From Candidatus Muiribacteriota bacterium (GTDB lineage: Bacteria; Muiribacteriota; Muiribacteriia; Muiribacteriales; Muiribacteriaceae), in assembly GCA_051747805.1 (NCBI GenBank), contig JBNJGP010000048.1, forward strand, positions 1-20,740: DNA of 20,740 nucleotides, in the 5' to 3' direction. Position 1 is the first letter of the stretch. Each line of letters opens with the position of its first letter. A program made the position numbers and the translations under genes. Positions 17,451-20,740 of this stretch are shown one piece after another. The notes below the pieces were generated by a model that worked only from the letters and a program-made list of their open reading frames with translations, was not told the DNA's origin and made no database searches.

Positions 17451-18470
17451 ATGTTTAAAAAAGGATTTTCGCTTGTTGAAATTATGATTGTTGTTGCAAT
17501 TATTGGAATCCTTGTAGCAGCACTTCTGCCACAGTTAGGGGAGATGATTGAAAATGCAAGAATCAGTAATGCTGAAAGAAGTTTAGCAACTTTAAGAGAT
17601 GCAATTGTGCGTTATAATGCATCAGAGGACAGGGAGCTTGAGTCTTTAAGCTGGCTGGTGCCATCTTATATTCAGGAAATTGACCCTGATCCATGGGGAA
17701 ATGATTATATTATTTTACCAGATGATGGGGTTATTATTTCAAGAGGACCATCAGGAGAACCTACAGATGAGGCTATAAGCGCTGTGGACATAAATGATCC
17801 GACTAATCCGATTAATGATGCAACTTCACTTGAAAATCTTGATAATATTCAAGTGTTTTATAAACCAAGACTTCAAATTCAAAGAGCACGTATGACTTTA
17901 GATAGAACGGGAAATCGCAGGTTTGGACATCAGGATAGATTTACAATTTATTTTACCAAACCATTTGCGGACGGAACATTGTCAAGTATAAGTGCAGGAG
18001 ATACTCAACAGGGGACTCCAGTTGCCAGCGGTGCTAATACATATTTTATTATTTCTGATACGTATGGTTTAGAAGGAGCTTCGGCTAATTCGCTGAATGA
18101 CGCTCAGACAGGTATTAAAAATCCGCTGGCTGACCGAGCCGGAACTGGGCAGGAACTTTTTTTATGGGGGTTTGACGAAGATTATAATCATGATACATCT
18201 TATACAGGTTATATTGAAAGTACTACAGGAGAATCATTTCCTGGGAGTCCGGATTTTGAAATTGTTGATATTAGTGATGATAATACATCAATTACTTTTG
18301 AAATTAATTTACGAGCAAATGACTATGAAATCAGAAGAACTGATTTATATATTCGTTTAAACTGGGACGCAATTAATCCAGTAGGGGATGGAGATACGGC
18401 TATTTTTAGAGATAACAGAAACGTTCCTGCTGTTCAGCCTGATTATAATATACCTATAGAGACCAGATAG
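17451..18470 (+). CDS. Type IV pilin / GspG-like pseudopilin with a long C-terminal extension
   Basis: Class III signal peptide MFKKG|FSLVEIMIVVAIIGIL with Glu at +5, GspG-type DPWGNDY motif, and a GGAGGG RBS. Confidence 0.9.
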   Translation: MFKKGFSLVEIMIVVAIIGILVAALLPQLGEMIENARISNAERSLATLRDAIVRYNASEDRELESLSWLVPSYIQEIDPDPWGNDYIILPDDGVIISRGPSGEPTDEAISAVDINDPTNPINDATSLENLDNIQVFYKPRLQIQRARMTLDRTGNRRFGHQDRFTIYFTKPFADGTLSSISAGDTQQGTPVASGANTYFIISDTYGLEGASANSLNDAQTGIKNPLADRAGTGQELFLWGFDEDYNHDTSYTGYIESTTGESFPGSPDFEIVDISDDNTSITFEINLRANDYEIRRTDLYIRLNWDAINPVGDGDTAIFRDNRNVPAVQPDYNIPIETR

Positions 18471-18528
18471 GGTAAGCAAGTTTGTTTTTTAAGAATAAAC
18501 ATACATATTTAACTTAATTTAATAAAAA

Positions 18529-18555
18529 TGTCATGCCGGGCTTGACCCGGCATCT
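18529..18555. repeat. CGTC/TGTC-type REP-like palindrome; probably also acts as a terminator
   Basis: TGTC-ATGCCGGG-CTTGA-CCCGGCAT-CT: a perfect 8-bp GC-rich stem with a 5-nt loop, flanked by A and T runs, in an AT-rich gap after the pilin gene. Confidence 0.7.
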
Positions 18556-18580
18556 ATTTTAAATAACTGGTTTTGAAATT

Positions 18581-19291
18581 ATGACAAAAGTAAAAAAAAA
18601 ATATAAATTAAATTTCAAAAATTTTATTTTATTTATATTAGTTTTATCTTCTTTTTTTTATATTACATACACTTTTTTGAATTTTAAAAATAGACTTGAA
18701 TTAAAAAATCAGGAAGAAATTAATCTTTTTGGTAAACTTAAAGAAAATGTTTCAAATGCTCATCTTTCAGAGGTTTATGAAAAAGCAGATTATTTTTTAA
18801 AAGAGTTTCCCTCCTCCCCATACAGTGGTTATGCATATTTTATTAAGGGGAAATTTTATTATGAGAGTCAGAATTATAAAGAGGCTGCCCACAACTTTCA
18901 GGCCTCCAGGGATTTTTATCTTGAAAAAGAACTACGTATTATAAAGTATTTACATTTAAGCTATACATATATGTGTATGGGTGATATAATTTCATCGTAT
19001 GAGTATGCCCAACTAGTTTATGAAACGCTTGAAAGCGGGAAACTGAAAGCTCTGGCCGCTTTTCAGCTGGGAGCATGTTACAGTGCTTTTAATATACTTG
19101 ACAGGGCAGTATATTATTATGATAAAGTTTTTGAGTATTCAGATGATGATACTCTTGAAAAACAGACTTTAAATGAGAAACTTAAAATTTATAAAGAAAC
19201 AGATAAAGTAAAGGCCAGCAGACTTGAAAAACTTCTAAGTAAAAAATATCAAGATGACAGGGAAGATAATGAGAAAAAAGATTCTATTTGA
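18581..19291 (+). CDS. Membrane-anchored TPR protein (CpoB/BamD-like TPR type)
   Basis: N-terminal TM segment (FILFILVLSSFFYITYTFL), then FLKEFPSSPYSGYAYFIKGKFYY and AAFQLGACYSAFNILDRAVYYYDKV. Confidence 0.8.
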   Translation: MTKVKKKYKLNFKNFILFILVLSSFFYITYTFLNFKNRLELKNQEEINLFGKLKENVSNAHLSEVYEKADYFLKEFPSSPYSGYAYFIKGKFYYESQNYKEAAHNFQASRDFYLEKELRIIKYLHLSYTYMCMGDIISSYEYAQLVYETLESGKLKALAAFQLGACYSAFNILDRAVYYYDKVFEYSDDDTLEKQTLNEKLKIYKETDKVKASRLEKLLSKKYQDDREDNEKKDSI

Positions 19292-20606
19292 GCTTATAAG
19301 CACACTTGAAGAAATTGATTATTCTGCCGGAGAAACCCCTGAAAATTGCCTCTGTCTTGCCCATCTTAATTATCTTTTAAATCAGGCGCAGAATTTTAAC
19401 CGCTATATAGAAAAATTTTATAAAAAAAAACCTGATGAAAAAAATCTATATGAACTTGAAAAATTAATTTTTCACGATAAATCCTTTGATATTGTGCTGC
19501 TTGAAGAACTTTATTATTATCTTGAAAATAATTATCAAATTCAGCAGTGGACAAAACAGTTTATAGAAAAATTTATATATTTTTTAGACAGTGTTTCCTC
19601 TGATTATTTTGTGAAACCATTTTTTCTATGTGAGCTTATTTACAATACAGGACTTTATAACGATTATGATATTAATAAAAAACTTTTAAAGAATCTTTTG
19701 AAAAGCTTTTCAAATACACGCTGGGAAATAAAAGGGCTTTGCTTTTTTACTCATAATCTCGAAAAAATTTATTTAAATACAGAGTGGGAAGAAAAAAATA
19801 AAAAAATTGAATTTTTAAAAGAGTTTCGTGAACATTTAATATTTTTTTTACAAAAATATCCACAGGAAGAAATGGCAAAAGAATATTTATTTAAATTATC
19901 TGATTTTTTTTGTCAGGAGCAGGAATTTGATGAAGCTATTAAATTATATTCAAGGTTGTCTGGTGCTTTTTCTGATGAGCATACCCGGGTACGTATTCTT
20001 TATGAGCTTGGTAGAATCTATCACATAAAGGAAAATACTGCCAAAGCTGTTGAGATTTATACAGAACTTTTTACCAAGTTTGAGACAAAAAAAGATTGTA
20101 TTCAAATTAAATTTAATGCAGGTAGATTTCTTTCAGAAGAGAATTATAACAAAAGTGCTTTTTTAATTTTCAAAGAGATTGCCTCAAAATTTAAAACAAA
20201 TAAACTTGCTCTGGAATGCTCAAACGAGATTATTAAAATTGGTAAAAAACTCTATAATAATAAAAAGTATTCTGAGGCTCTTTTTTATTTTGAAGAGGTG
20301 CTTCAATTAAAAAATAATCGCGATGATACATCATGGGCCCTGTTTTATCTCGGTAAAATTTATAAAAAACTTTCTCATATTGAATTTTCATATGATAAAA
20401 GAATAAGTTATTCTATAAAAAGTGATGAGGTTTTTAAAAAACTGATAAAAAATTATGGTGATAATAAAGCTATACTCGAGAATTTAAGTTCTGATTATCT
20501 ACTTGAGAATAAAGAAACAAAGAAAACGGATTTTGACTTAAACTATATTATTATAGTAACCACCGGTGTTTTCATTGTTATTTTGCTTATATTACATTTC
20601 ATTTAG
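19254..20606 (+). CDS. TPR protein with a C-terminal transmembrane anchor
   Basis: TPRs (ILYELGRIYHIKENTAKAVEIYTEL, ALFYLGKIYKKL) and C-terminal YIIIVTTGVFIVILLILHFI. The true start may be the Met at 19269. Confidence 0.8.
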   Translation: MTGKIMRKKILFELISTLEEIDYSAGETPENCLCLAHLNYLLNQAQNFNRYIEKFYKKKPDEKNLYELEKLIFHDKSFDIVLLEELYYYLENNYQIQQWTKQFIEKFIYFLDSVSSDYFVKPFFLCELIYNTGLYNDYDINKKLLKNLLKSFSNTRWEIKGLCFFTHNLEKIYLNTEWEEKNKKIEFLKEFREHLIFFLQKYPQEEMAKEYLFKLSDFFCQEQEFDEAIKLYSRLSGAFSDEHTRVRILYELGRIYHIKENTAKAVEIYTELFTKFETKKDCIQIKFNAGRFLSEENYNKSAFLIFKEIASKFKTNKLALECSNEIIKIGKKLYNNKKYSEALFYFEEVLQLKNNRDDTSWALFYLGKIYKKLSHIEFSYDKRISYSIKSDEVFKKLIKNYGDNKAILENLSSDYLLENKETKKTDFDLNYIIIVTTGVFIVILLILHFI

Positions 20607-20613
20607 AGTAGCA

Positions 20614-20720
20614 GATGAGAGCCGTGAGAGGTTAGAAGTGAGAGGATAGGAGCCGTGAGAGGTGAGAAGTGAGAGGTGAGACGATAGGAGCAGACAAAAG
20701 CCGATAGAAGCGGTGACCGC
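20614..20720. repeat. Purine-rich composite tandem repeat (7-mer GTGAGAR arrays interleaved with 10-mer GATAGGAGCC units)
   Basis: GATGAGAGCC (GTGAGAG GTTAGAA GTGAGAG) GATAGGAGCC (GTGAGAG GTGAGAA GTGAGAG GTGAGAC) GATAGGAGCA GACAAAAGCC GATAGAAGCG, ending in the small inverted repeat GCGGTGACCGC (20710-20720). Confidence 0.9.
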
Positions 20721-20740
20721 AAAAGCAATTATAAATTAGA

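Noticed and set aside
18097..18360. 87-aa + strand ORF inside the pilin gene
   Set aside because: Out-of-frame overlap with a clear CDS; no independent evidence.
20614..20720. Possible CRISPR array, with the DinG-like gene as type IV CasDinG
   Set aside because: The repeats are contiguous with no unique spacers, no cas genes are recognisable, and the DinG-like protein lacks ATPase motifs.

Overview
Very AT-rich bacterial chromosomal segment. Fourteen CDSs lie co-directionally on the + strand, mostly overlapping or tightly spaced. A divergent TPR lipoprotein gene that the ORF track missed runs off the left edge. Recognisable genes are a FliA/WhiG (sigma-28) factor with no flagellar neighbours, a HIT nucleotide hydrolase/phosphorylase, a triple-SH3b secreted protein, rlmH, a VWA protein and a GspG/type IV pilin-like protein, among many TPR/HEAT proteins. 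Main observation: two giant TPR proteins appear to carry catalytically degenerate SF2 helicase modules. The 1359-aa protein reads as TPR + DnaQ-like remnant + DinG domain with intact Fe-S cysteine spacing but no Walker A or DEAH, followed by a RecQ-like segment. The 1684-aa protein carries a more eroded DinG-like C-terminus. Two sigma-28-type promoters with identical 16-nt spacers lie at gene starts, one apparently leaderless. Also present are a small protein with a duplicated CCxxCxNFxxC motif, a CGTC/TGTC-type REP-like hairpin, and a purine-rich 7-mer/10-mer repeat tract at the right edge. All protein family calls are by-eye motif comparisons against family motifs recalled from memory; no searches were run.
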